DNA from: Eledone cirrhosa
Lineage: Eukaryota
Assembly: GCA_964016885.1 (NCBI GenBank)
Contig: OZ024745.1
Span: forward strand, 2,542,001-2,606,000
Length of the DNA: 64,000 nucleotides
Direction: 5' to 3'
In this document: positions 1 to 15,000 of the stretch, one piece after another
Layout: the number at the start of each line of letters is the position of its first letter
How positions within the stretch are numbered: the stretch's first letter is position 1
The notes under the pieces: generated by a model
Databases searched by the model: none
What the model was told of the DNA's origin: nothing
The model's input: the letters and a program-made list of their open reading frames with translations, nothing else
Made by a program: the position numbers and the translations under genes

Positions 1-3000
1 GGAGAGGGTTCTACCTCTACATATTAGGAGAGGGCTCTACCTCTACATATTAGGAGAGGGCCCTACCTCTACATATTAGGAGAGGTTTCTACCTCTACAT
101 ATTAGGATAGGGCTCTACCTCTACATATTAGGAGAGGTCTCTACCTCTACATATTAGGAGAGGATTCTACCTCTACATATTAGTAGAGAGCTCTACCTCT
201 ACATATTAGGAGAGGGCTCTACCTCTACATATTAGGAGAGATTTCTACCTCTACATATTAGGAGAGGGCTCTAAATATTAGGAGAGGGCTGTACCTCTAT
301 ATATTAGGAGAGGGCTCTACCTCTACATATTATGAGAGGGCTCTACATATTAGGAGAGGGCTTTACCTCTACATATTAGGAGAGGGCTCTACTTATTAGG
401 AGAGGGTTCTACCTCTACATATTAGGAAAGGGCTCTGCATATTAGGAGAGGGCTCTACCTCTACATATTAGGAGAGGGCTCTACATATTAGGAGATGGCT
501 CTACCTCTGCATATTAGGAGAGGGCTCTACCTCTACATATTAGGAGAGGGCTCTACATATTAGGAGAGGGCTCTACCTCTACATATTAGGATAAGAATCT
601 ACCTCTACATATTAGTAGGGAGCTCTACATATTAAGCGAGGGCTCTACATGTTAGGAGAGGGCTCTACATATTAGGAGAGGTCTCTACCTCTACATATTA
701 GGAGAGGGCTCTACCTCTATATATTAGGAGAGGGTTCTACCTCTACATATTAGGAGAGGGCTATACATATTAGGAGAGGTCTCTACCACTACATATTAGG
801 AGAGGGCTCCACATATTAGGAGAGGTCTCTACCTCTACATATTAGGAGAAGGCTCTACCTCTACATATTAGGGGAAGGCTCTACATATTAGGAGAGGGTT
901 CTACCTCTACATATTAGGAGAGGGTCCTACCTCTACATATTAGGAGAGGGCTCTACCTCTAAATATTAGGAGAGGGCTCTACCTCTACATATTAGGAGAG
1001 GGGTCTACCTCTACATATTAGGAGAGGGCTCTACATATTACGAGAGGGCTCTACCTCTACATATTAGGAGAGGGCTCTACCTCTACATATTATGAGAGGG
1101 CTCTACATATTAGGAGAGGTCTCTACATATTAGGAGAGGGCCCTACCTCTACATATTAGGAGAGGTTTCTACCTCTACATATTAGGAGAGGGCTCTACCT
1201 CTACATATTAGGAGAGGTCTCTACCTCTACATATTAGGAGAGGGTTCTACCTCTACATATTAGGAGAGGGCTCTACCTCTACATATTAGGAGAGGGCTCT
1301 ACCTCTACATATTAGGAGAGGTTTCTACCTCTACATATTAGGAGAGGGCTCTACCTCTACATATTATGAGAGGGCTCTACATATTAGGAGAGCGCTCTAC
1401 CTCTACATATTAGGAGAGGGCTCTACCTCTATAAGGAGAAGGCTCTACCTCTACATATTATGAGAGGGCTCTACATATTAGGAGAGGGTTCTACCTCTAC
1501 ATATTAGGAAAGGGCTCTACATATTAGGAGAGGGCTCTACCTCTACATATTAGGAGAGGGATCTACATATTATGAGAGGGCTCTACATATTAGGAGTGCG
1601 CTCTACCTCTACATATTAGGAGAGGGCTCTACCTCTATAAGGAGAAGGCTCTACCTCTACATATTATGAGAGGGCTCTACCTCTACATATTAGGAGAAGG
1701 CTCTACATATTAGGAGAAGGCTCTACCTCTACATATTAGGAGAGGGTTCTACCTCTACATATTAGGAGGGGGCTCTACATATTAAGCGACGGCTCTACAT
1801 ATTAGGAGAGTGCTCTACATATTAGGAGAGGTCTCTACCTCTACATATTAGGAGAGGGCTCTACATATTAGTATAGGTCTCTACCACTACATATTAGGAG
1901 AGGGCTCTACCTCTACATATTAGGAGAGGGCTCCACATATTAGGAGAGGTCTCTACCTCTACATATTAGGAGAGGGCTCTACCTCTACATATTAGGAGAG
2001 GGCTCTACCTCTACAAATTAGGAGGGGTCTCTACCTCTACATATTAGGAGAAGGCTCTACCTCTACATATTAGGAGAAGGCTCTACAAATTAGGAGAGGG
2101 TTCTACCTCTCTATATAACGAGAGTGTTCTACCTCTACATATTAGGAGAGGGGTCTACCTCTACATATCTGGAGAGGGCTCTACATATTACGAGAGGGCT
2201 CTACCTCTATATATTAGGAGAGGGCTCTACTCTACATATTAGGAGAGGGCTCTACCTCTACATCTTAGACGAGGGCTCTACATATTAGGTGAGTGTTCTA
2301 CCTCTACATATTAGGAGAGGGCTCTACATATTAGGAGAGGGCTCTACCTCTACATATTAGGAGAAGGCTCTACCTCTACATATTAGGAGAAGGCTCTACA
2401 TATGAGGAGAAGTCTCTACATCTACATATTAGGAGAGGGCTCTACCTCTATATATTAGGAGAGGGCTCTACATATTAAGCGAGGGCTATATATGTTAGGA
2501 GAGGGCTCTACAAATTAGGAGAGGTCTCTACCACTACATATTAGGAGAGGGCTCTACCTCTACATATTAGGAGAGGTCTCTACCTCTACATATTAGGAGA
2601 AGGCTCTAACTCTACATATTAGGAGAAGGCTCTACATATTAGGAGAGGGTTCTACCTCTACATATTAGGAGAAGGCTCTACCTCTACATATTAGGAGAGG
2701 TCTCTACCTCTACATATTAGGAGAGGATTCTACCTCTACATATTAGGAGAGGGTTCTACCTCTACATATTAGGAGAGGGCTCTAACTCTACATATTAGGA
2801 TAGGTCTCTACCTCTACATATTAGGAGAGGGTTCTACCTCTACATATTAGGAGAGGGCTCTACCTCTACATATTAGGAGAGGGCTCTACCTCTACATATT
2901 AGGAGAGGTTTCTACCTCTACATATTAGGAGAGGGCTCTACCTCTACATATTAGGAGAGGTCTCTACCTCTACATATTAGGAGAGGGTTCTACCTCTACA

Positions 3001-3029
3001 TATTAGTAGAGGGCTCTACCTCTACATAT

Positions 3030-6000
3030 TAGGAGAGGGCTCTACCTCTACATATTAGGAGAGATTTCTACCTCTACATATTAGGAGAGGGCTCTAAATA
3101 TTAGGAGAGGGCTCTACCTCTACATATTAGGAGAGGGCTCTACCTCTATATATTAGGAGAAGGCTCTACCTCTACATATTATGAGAGGTTATACATCTAC
3201 ATATTAGGAGAGGGCTCTACATATTAGGAGAGGGTGCTACCTCTACATATTAGGAAAGGGCTCTGCATATTAGGAGAGGGCTCTACCTCTACATATTAGG
3301 AGAGGGCTCTACATATTAGGAGATGGCTCTACCTCTGCATATTAGGAGAGGGCTCTACCTCTAGATATTAGGAGAGGGCTCTACCTCTATATATTAGGAG
3401 AGGATTCTACCTCTACATATTAGGAGAGGGCTCTACATATTAGGAGAGGTCTCTACCACTACATATTAGGAGAGGGCTCCACATATTAGGAGAGGTCTCT
3501 ACCTCTACATATTAGGAGAAGGCTCTACCTCTATATATTAGGAGAAGGCTCTACATATTAGGAGAGGGTTCTACCTCTACATATTAGGAGAGGGTCCTAC
3601 CTCTACATATTAGGAGAGGGCTCTACATATTACGAGAGGGTTCTACCTCTACATATTAGGAGAGGTTTCTACCTCCACATATTAGGAGAGGGCTCTACCT
3701 CTACATATTAGGAGAGGTCTCTACCTCTACATATTAGGAGAGGGTTCTACCTCTACATATTAGGAGAGGGCTCTACCTCTACATATTAGGAGAGGGCTCT
3801 ACCTCTACATATTAGGAGAGGTTTCTACCTCTACATATTAGGAGAGGGCTCTACCTCTACATATTATGAGAGGACTCTACATATTAGGAGAGCGCTCTAC
3901 CTCTACATATTAGGAGAGGGCTCTACCTCTATAAGGAGAAGGCTCTACCTCTACATATTATGAGAGGGCTCTACATATTAGGAGAGGGTTCTACCTCTAC
4001 ATATTAGGAAAGGGCTCTACATATTAGGAGAGGGCTCTACCTCTACATATTAGGAGAGGGATCTACATATTAGGAGAGGGCTCTACCTCTACATATTAGG
4101 AGAGGGATCTACATATTAGGAGAGGGCTCTACCTCTACATATTAGGAGAAGACTCTACCTCTACATATTAGGAGAAGGCTCTACATATTAGGAGAAGGCT
4201 CTACCTCTACATATTAGGACAGGGTTCTACCTCTACATATTAGGAGGGGGCTCTACATATTAAGCGACGGCTCTACATATTAGGAGAGGGCTCTACATAT
4301 TAGGAGAGGTCTCTACCTCTACATATTAGGAGAGGGCTCTACATATTAGAATAGGTCACTACCACTACATATTAGGAGAGGGCTCTACCTCTACATATTA
4401 GGAGAGGGCTCCACATATTAAAAGAGGTCTCTACCTCTACATATTAGGAGAGGGCTCTACCTCTACATATTAGGAGAGGGCTCTACCTCTACAAATTAGG
4501 AGGGGTCTCTACCTCTACATATTAGGAGAAGACTCTACCTCTACATATTAGGAGAAGGCTCTACAAATTAGGAGAGGGTTCTACCTCTCTATATAACGAG
4601 AGGGTTCTACCTCTACATATTAGGAGAGGGGTCTACCTCTACATATCAGGAGAGGGCTCTACATATTACGAGAGGGCTCTACCTCTATATATTAGGAGAG
4701 GGCTCTACCTCTACATATTATGAGAGGGCTCTACATATTAGGAGAGGGCTCTACATATTAGGCTCTACCTCTACATATTAGGAGAGTGCTCTACCTCTCT
4801 ATATTCGGAGAAGGCTCTACCTCTACATATTATGAGAGAGTTCTAAATCTACATATTAGGAGAGGGCTCTACATATTAGGAGAGGTCTCTACCTCTACAT
4901 ATTAGGAGAGGGCTCTACCTCTACATATTAGAAGAGGGCTCTACATATTAGGAGAGGTCTCCACCTCTATATATTAGGAGAGGGCTCTACCTCTACATAT
5001 TATGAGAGTGCTCTACATATTAGGAGAGGGCTCTACATATTAGGAGAGGGCTCTACCTCTACATATTAGGAGAGGGCTCTACATAGTTTGAGAGGGCTCT
5101 ACCTCTATATATTAGGAGAAGGCTCTACCTCTACATATTATGAGAGGGTTCTACATCTACATATTAGGAGAGGGCTCTACATATTAGGAGAGGGCTCTAC
5201 CACTACATATTAGGAGAGGTCTCTACCTCTACATATTAGGAGAGGGTTCTACCTCTACATATTAGGCGAGGGCTCTACATATTAGGAGAGGGCTCTACAT
5301 ATTAGGAGAGGTCTCTACCTCTACATATTAGGAGAGGGCTCTACCTCTACATATTAGGAGAGGGCTCTACCTCTACATATTATGAGAGGGCTCTACATAT
5401 TAGGAGAGGGCTCTACATATTAGGAGTGTGCTCTACCTCTACATATTAGTAGAGGGCTCTACATAGTTTGAGAGGGCTCTACCTCTATATATAAGGAGAA
5501 GGCTCTACCTCTACATATTATGAGAGGGTTCTACATCTACATATTAGGAGAGGGCTCTACATAGTAGGAGAGGGCTCTACCACTACATATTAGGAGAGGG
5601 CTCTACATATTACGAGAGGGCTCTACCTCTACATATTAGGAGAGGGCTCTACTTCTACATATTATGAGAGGGCTCTACATATTAGGAGAGGTCTCTACAT
5701 ATTAGGAGAGGGCCCTACCTCTACATATTAGGAGAGGTTTCTACCTCTACATATTACGAGAGGGCTCTACCTCTACATATTAGGAGAGGGCTCTACCTCT
5801 ACATATTAGGATAGGTCTCTACCTCTACATATTAGGAGAGGGTTCTACCTCTACATATTAGGAGAGGGCTCTACCTCTACATATTAGGAGAGGGCTCTAC
5901 CTCTACATATTAGGAGAGGTTTCTACCTCTACATATTAGGAGAGGGCTCTACCTCTACATATTATGAGAGGGCTCTACATATTAGGAGAGCGCTCTACCT

Positions 6001-9000
6001 CTACATATTAGGAGAGGGCTCTACCTCTATAAGGAGAAGGCTCTACCTCTACATATTATGAGAGGGCTCTACATATTAGGAGAGGGTTCTACCTCTTCAT
6101 ATTAGGAAAGGGCTCTACATATTAGGAGAGGGTTCTACCTCTACATATTAGGAGAGGGATCTACATATTATGAGAAGGCTCTACATATTAGGAGAGCGCT
6201 CTACCTCTACATATTAGGAGAGGGCTCTACCTCTATAAGGAGAAGGCTCTACCTCTACATATTATGAGAGGGCTCTACCTCTACATATTAGGAGAAGGCT
6301 CTACATATTAGGAGAAGGATCTACCTCTACATATTAGGAGAGGGTTCTACCTCTACATATTAGGAGGGGGCTCTACATATTAAGCGACGGCTCTACATAT
6401 TAGGAGAGTGCTCTACATATTAGGAGAGGTCTCTACCTCTACATATTAGGAGAGGGCTCTACATATTAGTATAGGTCTCTACCACTACATATTAGGAGAG
6501 GGCTCTATCTCTACATATTAGGAGAGGGCTCCACATATTAGGAGAGGTCTCTACCTCTACATATTAGGAGAGGGCTCTACCTCTACATATTAGGAGTGGG
6601 CTCTACATATTAGGAGAGGGTTCTACCTCTACATATTAGGAGAAGGCTCTACATATTAGGAGAGGGTTCTACCTCTACATATTAGGAGAAGGCTCTACCT
6701 CTACATATTAGGAGAGGTCTCTACCTCTACATATTAGGAGAGGATTCTACCTCTACATATTAGGAGAGGGTTCTACCTCTACATATTAGGAGAGGGCTCT
6801 AACTCTACATATTAGGATAGGTCTCTACCTCTACATATTAGGATAGGGTTCTACCTCTACATATTAGGAGAGGGCTCTAACTCTACATATTAGGATAGGT
6901 CTCTACCTCTACATATTAGAAGAGGGCTCTACCTCTACATATTAGGAGAGGGCTCTACCTCTACATATTAGGAGAGGTTTCTACCTCTACATATTAGGAG
7001 AGGGCTCTACCTCTACATATTAGGAGAGGTCTCTACCTCTACATATTAGGAGAGGGTTCTACCTCTACATATTAGTAGAGGGCTCTACCTCTACATATTA
7101 GGAGAGGGCTCTACCTCTACATATTAGGAGAGATTTCTACCTCTACATATTAGGAGAAGGCTCTACCTCTACATATTATGAGAGGACTCTACATATTAGG
7201 AGAGCGCTCTACCTCTACATATTAGGAGAGGGCTCTACCTCTATAAGGAGAAGGCTCTACCTCTACATATTATGAGAGGGCTCTACATATTAGGAGAGGG
7301 TTCTACCTCTACATATTAGGAAAGGGCTCTACATATTAGGAGAGGGCTCTACCTCTACATATTAGGAGAGGGATCTACATATTAGGAGAGGGCTCTACCT
7401 CTACATATTAGGAGAGGGATCTACATATTAGGAGAGGGCTCTACCTCTACATATTAGGAGAAGACTCTACCTCTACATATTAGGAGAAGGCTCTACATAT
7501 TAGGAGAAGGCTCTACCTCTACATATTAGGACAGGGTTCTACCTCTACATATTAGGAGGGGGCTCTACATATTAAGCGACGGCTCTACATATTAGGAGAG
7601 GGCTCTACATATTAGGAGAGGTCTCTACCTCTACATATTAGGAGAGGGCTCTACATATTAGAATAGGTCACTACCACTACATATTAGGAGAGGGCTCTAC
7701 CTCTACATATTAGGAGAGGGCTCCACATATTAAAAGAGGTCTCTACCTCTACATATTAGGAGAGGGCTCTACCTCTACATATTAGGAGAGGGCTCTACCT
7801 CTACAAATTAGGAGGGGTCTCTACCTCTACATATTAGGAGAAGACTCTACCTCTACATATTAGGAGAAGGCTCTACAAATTAGGAGAGGGTTCTACCTCT
7901 CTATATAACGAGAGGGTTCTACCTCTCTATATAACGAGAGGGTTCTACCTCTACATATTAGGAGAGGGGTCTACCTCTACATATCAGGAGAGGGCTCTAC
8001 ATATTACGAGAGGGCTCTACCTCTATATATTAGGAGAGGGCTCTACCTCTACATATTATGAGAGGGCTCTACATATTAGGAGAGGGCTCTACATATTAGG
8101 CTCTACCTCTACATATTAGGAGAGTGCTCTACCTCTCTATATTCGGAGAAGGCTCTACCTCTACATATTATGAGAGAGTTCTAAATCTACATATTAGGAG
8201 AGGGCTCTACATATTAGGAGAGGTCTCTACCTCTACATATTAGGAGAGGGCTCTACCTCTACATATTAGAAGAGGGCTCTACATATTAGGAGAGGTCTCC
8301 ACCTCTATATATTAGGAGAGGGCTCTACCTCTACATATTATGAGAGTGCTCTACATATTAGGAGAGGGCTCTACATATTAGGAGAGGGCTCTACCTCTAC
8401 ATATTAGGAGAGGGCTCTACATAGTTTGAGAGGGCTCTACCTCTATATATTAGGAGAAGGCTCTACCTCTACATATTATGAGAGGGTTCTACATCTACAT
8501 ATTAGGAGAGGGCTCTACATATTAGGAGAGGGCTCTACCACTACATATTAGGAGAGGTCTCTACCTCTACATATTAGGAGAGGGTTCTACCTCTACATAT
8601 TAGGCGAGGGCTCTACATATTAGGAGAGGGCTCTACATATTAGGAGAGGTCTCTACCTCTACATATTAGGAGAGGGCTCTACCTCTACATATTAGGAGAG
8701 GGCTCTACCTCTACATATTATGAGAGGGCTCTACATATTAGGAGAGGGCTCTACATATTAGGAGTGTGCTCTACCTCTACATATTAGTAGAGGGCTCTAC
8801 ATAGTTTGAGAGGGCTCTACCTCTATATATAAGGAGAAGGCTCTACCTCTACATATTATGAGAGGGTTCTACATCTACATATTAGGAGAGGGCTCTACAT
8901 AGTAGGAGAGGGCTCTACCACTACATATTAGGAGAGGGCTCTACATATTACGAGAGGGCTCTACCTCTACATATTAGGAGAGGGCTCTACTTCTACATAT

Positions 9001-12000
9001 TATGAGAGGGCTCTACATATTAGGAGAGGTCTCTACATATTAGGAGAGGGCCCTACCTCTACATATTAGGAGAGGTTTCTACCTCTACATATTACGAGAG
9101 GGCTCTACCTCTACATATTAGGAGAGGGCTCTACCTCTACATATTAGGATAGGTCTCTACCTCTACATATTAGGAGAGGGTTCTACCTCTACATATTAGG
9201 AGAGGGCTCTACCTCTACATATTAGGAGAGGGCTCTACCTCTACATATTAGGAGAGGTTTCTACCTCTACATATTAGGAGAGGGCTCTACCTCTACATAT
9301 TATGAGAGGGCTCTACATATTAGGAGAGCGCTCTACCTCTACATATTAGGAGAGGGCTCTACCTCTATAAGGAGAAGGCTCTACCTCTACATATTATGAG
9401 AGGGCTCTACATATTAGGAGAGGGTTCTACCTCTTCATATTAGGAAAGGGCTCTACATATTAGGAGAGGGTTCTACCTCTACATATTAGGAGAGGGATCT
9501 ACATATTATGAGAAGGCTCTACATATTAGGAGAGCGCTCTACCTCTACATATTAGGAGAGGGCTCTACCTCTATAAGGAGAAGGCTCTACCTCTACATAT
9601 TATGAGAGGGCTCTACCTCTACATATTAGGAGAAGGCTCTACATATTAGGAGAAGGATCTACCTCTACATATTAGGAGAGGGTTCTACCTCTACATATTA
9701 GGAGGGGGCTCTACATATTAAGCGACGGCTCTACATATTAGGAGAGTGCTCTACATATTAGGAGAGGTCTCTACCTCTACATATTAGGAGAGGGCTCTAC
9801 ATATTAGTATAGGTCTCTACCACTACATATTAGGAGAGGGCTCTATCTCTACATATTAGGAGAGGGCTCCACATATTAGGAGAGGTCTCTACCTCTACAT
9901 ATTAGGAGAGGGCTCTACCTCTACATATTAGGAGTGGGCTCTACATATTAGGAGAGGGTTCTACCTCTACATATTAGGAGAAGGCTCTACATATTAGGAG
10001 AGGGTTCTACCTCTACATATTAGGAGAAGGCTCTACCTCTACATATTAGGAGAGGTCTCTACCTCTACATATTAGGAGAGGATTCTACCTCTACATATTA
10101 GGAGAGGGTTCTACCTCTACATATTAGGAGAGGGCTCTAACTCTACATATTAGGATAGGTCTCTACCTCTACATATTAGGATAGGGTTCTACCTCTACAT
10201 ATTAGGAGAGGGCTCTAACTCTACATATTAGGATAGGTCTCTACCTCTACATATTAGAAGAGGGCTCTACCTCTACATATTAGGAGAGGGCTCTACCTCT
10301 ACATATTAGGAGAGGTTTCTACCTCTACATATTAGGAGAGGGCTCTACCTCTACATATTAGGAGAGGTCTCTACCTCTACATATTAGGAGAGGGTTCTAC
10401 CTCTACATATTAGTAGAGGGCTCTACCTCTACATATTAGGAGAGGGCTCTACCTCTACATATTAGGAGAGATTTCTACCTCTACATATTAGGAGAGGGCT
10501 CTAAATATTAGGAGAGGGCTCTACCTCTATATATTAGGAGAGGGCTCTACCTCTACATATTATGAGAAGGCTCTACATATTAGGAGAGGGCTTTACCTCT
10601 ACATATTAGGAGAGGGCTCTACCTCTATATATTAGGAGAAGGCTCTACCTCTACATATTATGAGAGGTTATACATCTACATATTAGGAGAGGGCTCTACA
10701 TATTAGGAGAGGGTGCTACCTCTACATATTAGGAAAGGGCTCTGCATATTAGGAGAGGGCTCTACCTCTACATATTAGGAGAGGGCTCTACATATTAGGA
10801 GATGGCTCTACCTCTGCATATTAGGAGAGGGCTCTACCTCTACATATTAGGAGAGGGCTCTACCTCTATATATTAGGAGAGGGTTCTACCTCTACATATT
10901 AGGAGAGGGCTCTACATATTAGGAGAGGGCTCCACATATTAGGAGAGGTCTCTACCTCTACATATTAGGAGAAGGCTCTACCTCTACATATTAGGAGAAG
11001 GCTCTACATATTAGGAGAGGGTTCTACCTCTACATATTAGGAGAGGGTCCTACCTCTACATATTAGGAGAGGGCTCTACATATTACGAGAGGGCTCTACC
11101 TCTACATATTAGGAGAGGTTTCTACCTCCACATATTAGGAGAGGGCTCTACCTCTACATATTAGGAGAGGTCTCTACCTCTAAATATTAGGAGAGGGTTC
11201 TACCTCTACATATTAGGAGAGGGCTCTACCTCTACATATTAGGAGAGGGCTCTACCTCTACATATTAGGAGAGATTTCTACCTCTACATATTAGGAGAGG
11301 GCTCTAAATATTAGGAGAGGGCTCTACCTCTACATATTAGGAGAGGGCTCTACCTCTATATATTAGGAGAAGGCTCTACCTCTACATATTATGAGAGGTT
11401 ATACATCTACATATTAGGAGAGGGCTCTACATATTAGGAGAGGGTGCTACCTCTACATATTAGGAAAGGGCTCTGCATATTAGGAGAGGGCTCTACCTCT
11501 ACATATTAGGAGAGGGCTCTACATATTAGGAGATGGCTCTACCTCTGCATATTAGGAGAGGGCTCTACCTCTACATATTAGGAGAGGGCTCTACCTCTAT
11601 ATATTAGGAGAGGATTCTACCTCTACATATTAGGAGAGGGCTCTACATATTAGGAGAGGTCTCTACCACTACATATTAGGAGAGGGCTCCACATATTAGG
11701 AGAGGGCTCCACATATTAGGAGAGGTCTCTACCTCTACATATTAGGAGAAGGCTCTACCTCTATATATTAGGAGAAGGCTCTACATATTAGGAGAGGGTT
11801 CTACCTCTACATATTAGGAGAGGGTCCTACCTCTACATATTAGGAGAGGGCTCTACATATTACGAGAGGGTTCTACCTCTACATATTAGGAGAGGTTTCT
11901 ACCTCCACATATTAGGAGAGGGCTCTACCTCTACATATTAGGAGAGGTCTCTACCTCTACATATTAGGAGAGGGTTCTACCTCTACATATTAGGAGAGGG

Positions 12001-15000
12001 CTCTACCTCTACATATTAGGAGAGGGCTCTACCTCTACATATTAGGAGAGGTTTCTACCTCTACATATTAGGAGAGGGCTCTACCTCTACATATTATGAG
12101 AGGACTCTACATATTAGGAGAGCGCTCTACCTCTACATATTAGGAGAGGGCTCTACCTCTATAAGGAGAAGGCTCTACCTCTACATATTATGAGAGGGCT
12201 CTACATATTAGGAGAGGGTTCTACCTCTACATATTAGGAAAGGGCTCTACATATTAGGAGAGGGCTCTACCTCTACATATTAGGAGAGGGATCTACATAT
12301 TAGGAGAGGGCTCTACCTCTACATATTAGGAGAGGGATCTACATATTAGGAGAGGGCTCTACCTCTACATATTAGGAGAAGACTCTACCTCTACATATTA
12401 GGAGAAGGCTCTACATATTAGGAGAAGGCTCTACCTCTACATATTAGGACAGGGTTCTACCTCTACATATTAGGAGGGGGCTCTACATATTAAGCGACGG
12501 CTCTACATATTAGGAGAGGGCTCTACATATTAGGAGAGGTCTCTACCTCTACATATTAGGAGAGGGCTCTACATATTAGAATAGGTCACTACCACTACAT
12601 ATTAGGAGAGGGCTCTACCTCTACATATTAGGAGAGGGCTCCACATATTAAAAGAGGTCTCTACCTCTACATATTAGGAGAGGGCTCTACCTCTACATAT
12701 TAGGAGAGGGCTCTACCTCTACAAATTAGGAGGGGTCTCTACCTCTACATATTAGGAGAAGACTCTACCTCTACATATTAGGAGAAGGCTCTACAAATTA
12801 GGAGAGGGTTCTACCTCTCTATATAACGAGAGGGTTCTACCTCTACATATTAGGAGAGGGGTCTACCTCTACATATCAGGAGAGGGCTCTACATATTACG
12901 AGAGGGCTCTACCTCTATATATTAGGAGAGGGCTCTACCTCTACATATTATGAGAGGGCTCTACATATTAGGAGAGGGCTCTACATATTAGGCTCTACCT
13001 CTACATATTAGGAGAGTGCTCTACCTCTCTATATTCGGAGAAGGCTCTACCTCTACATATTATGAGAGAGTTCTAAATCTACATATTAGGAGAGGGCTCT
13101 ACATATTAGGAGAGGTCTCTACCTCTACATATTAGGAGAGGGCTCTACCTCTACATATTAGAAGAGGGCTCTACATATTAGGAGAGGTCTCCACCTCTAT
13201 ATATTAGGAGAGGGCTCTACCTCTACATATTATGAGAGTGCTCTACATATTAGGAGAGGGCTCTACATATTAGGAGAGGGCTCTACCTCTACATATTAGG
13301 AGAGGGCTCTACATAGTTTGAGAGGGCTCTACCTCTATATATTAGGAGAAGGCTCTACCTCTACATATTATGAGAGGGTTCTACATCTACATATTAGGAG
13401 AGGGCTCTACATATTAGGAGAGGGCTCTACCACTACATATTAGGAGAGGTCTCTACCTCTACATATTAGGAGAGGGTTCTACCTCTACATATTAGGCGAG
13501 GGCTCTACATATTAGGAGAGGGCTCTACATATTAGGAGAGGTCTCTACCTCTACATATTAGGAGAGGGCTCTACCTCTACATATTAGGAGAGGGCTCTAC
13601 CTCTACATATTATGAGAGGGCTCTACATATTAGGAGAGGGCTCTACATATTAGGAGTGTGCTCTACCTCTACATATTAGTAGAGGGCTCTACATAGTTTG
13701 AGAGGGCTCTACCTCTATATATAAGGAGAAGGCTCTACCTCTACATATTATGAGAGGGTTCTACATCTACATATTAGGAGAGGGCTCTACATAGTAGGAG
13801 AGGGCTCTACCACTACATATTAGGAGAGGGCTCTACATATTACGAGAGGGCTCTACCTCTACATATTAGGAGAGGGCTCTACTTCTACATATTATGAGAG
13901 GGCTCTACATATTAGGAGAGGTCTCTACATATTAGGAGAGGGCCCTACCTCTACATATTAGGAGAGGTTTCTACCTCTACATATTACGAGAGGGCTCTAC
14001 CTCTACATATTAGGAGAGGGCTCTACCTCTACATATTAGGATAGGTCTCTACCTCTACATATTAGGAGAGGGTTCTACCTCTACATATTAGGAGAGGGCT
14101 CTACCTCTACATATTAGGAGAGGGCTCTACCTCTACATATTAGGAGAGGTTTCTACCTCTACATATTAGGAGAGGGCTCTACCTCTACATATTATGAGAG
14201 GGCTCTACATATTAGGAGAGCGCTCTACCTCTACATATTAGGAGAGGGCTCTACCTCTATAAGGAGAAGGCTCTACCTCTACATATTATGAGAGGGCTCT
14301 ACATATTAGGAGAGGGTTCTACCTCTTCATATTAGGAAAGGGCTCTACATATTAGGAGAGGGTTCTACCTCTACATATTAGGAGAGGGATCTACATATTA
14401 TGAGAAGGCTCTACATATTAGGAGAGCGCTCTACCTCTACATATTAGGAGAGGGCTCTACCTCTATAAGGAGAAGGCTCTACCTCTACATATTATGAGAG
14501 GGCTCTACCTCTACATATTAGGAGAAGGCTCTACATATTAGGAGAAGGATCTACCTCTACATATTAGGAGAGGGTTCTACCTCTACATATTAGGAGGGGG
14601 CTCTACATATTAAGCGACGGCTCTACATATTAGGAGAGTGCTCTACATATTAGGAGAGGTCTCTACCTCTACATATTAGGAGAGGGCTCTACATATTAGT
14701 ATAGGTCTCTACCACTACATATTAGGAGAGGGCTCTATCTCTACATATTAGGAGAGGGCTCCACATATTAGGAGAGGTCTCTACCTCTACATATTAGGAG
14801 AGGGCTCTACCTCTACATATTAGGAGTGGGCTCTACATATTAGGAGAGGGTTCTACCTCTACATATTAGGAGAAGGCTCTACATATTAGGAGAGGGTTCT
14901 ACCTCTACATATTAGGAGAAGGCTCTACCTCTACATATTAGGAGAGGTCTCTACCTCTACATATTAGGAGAGGATTCTACCTCTACATATTAGGAGAGGG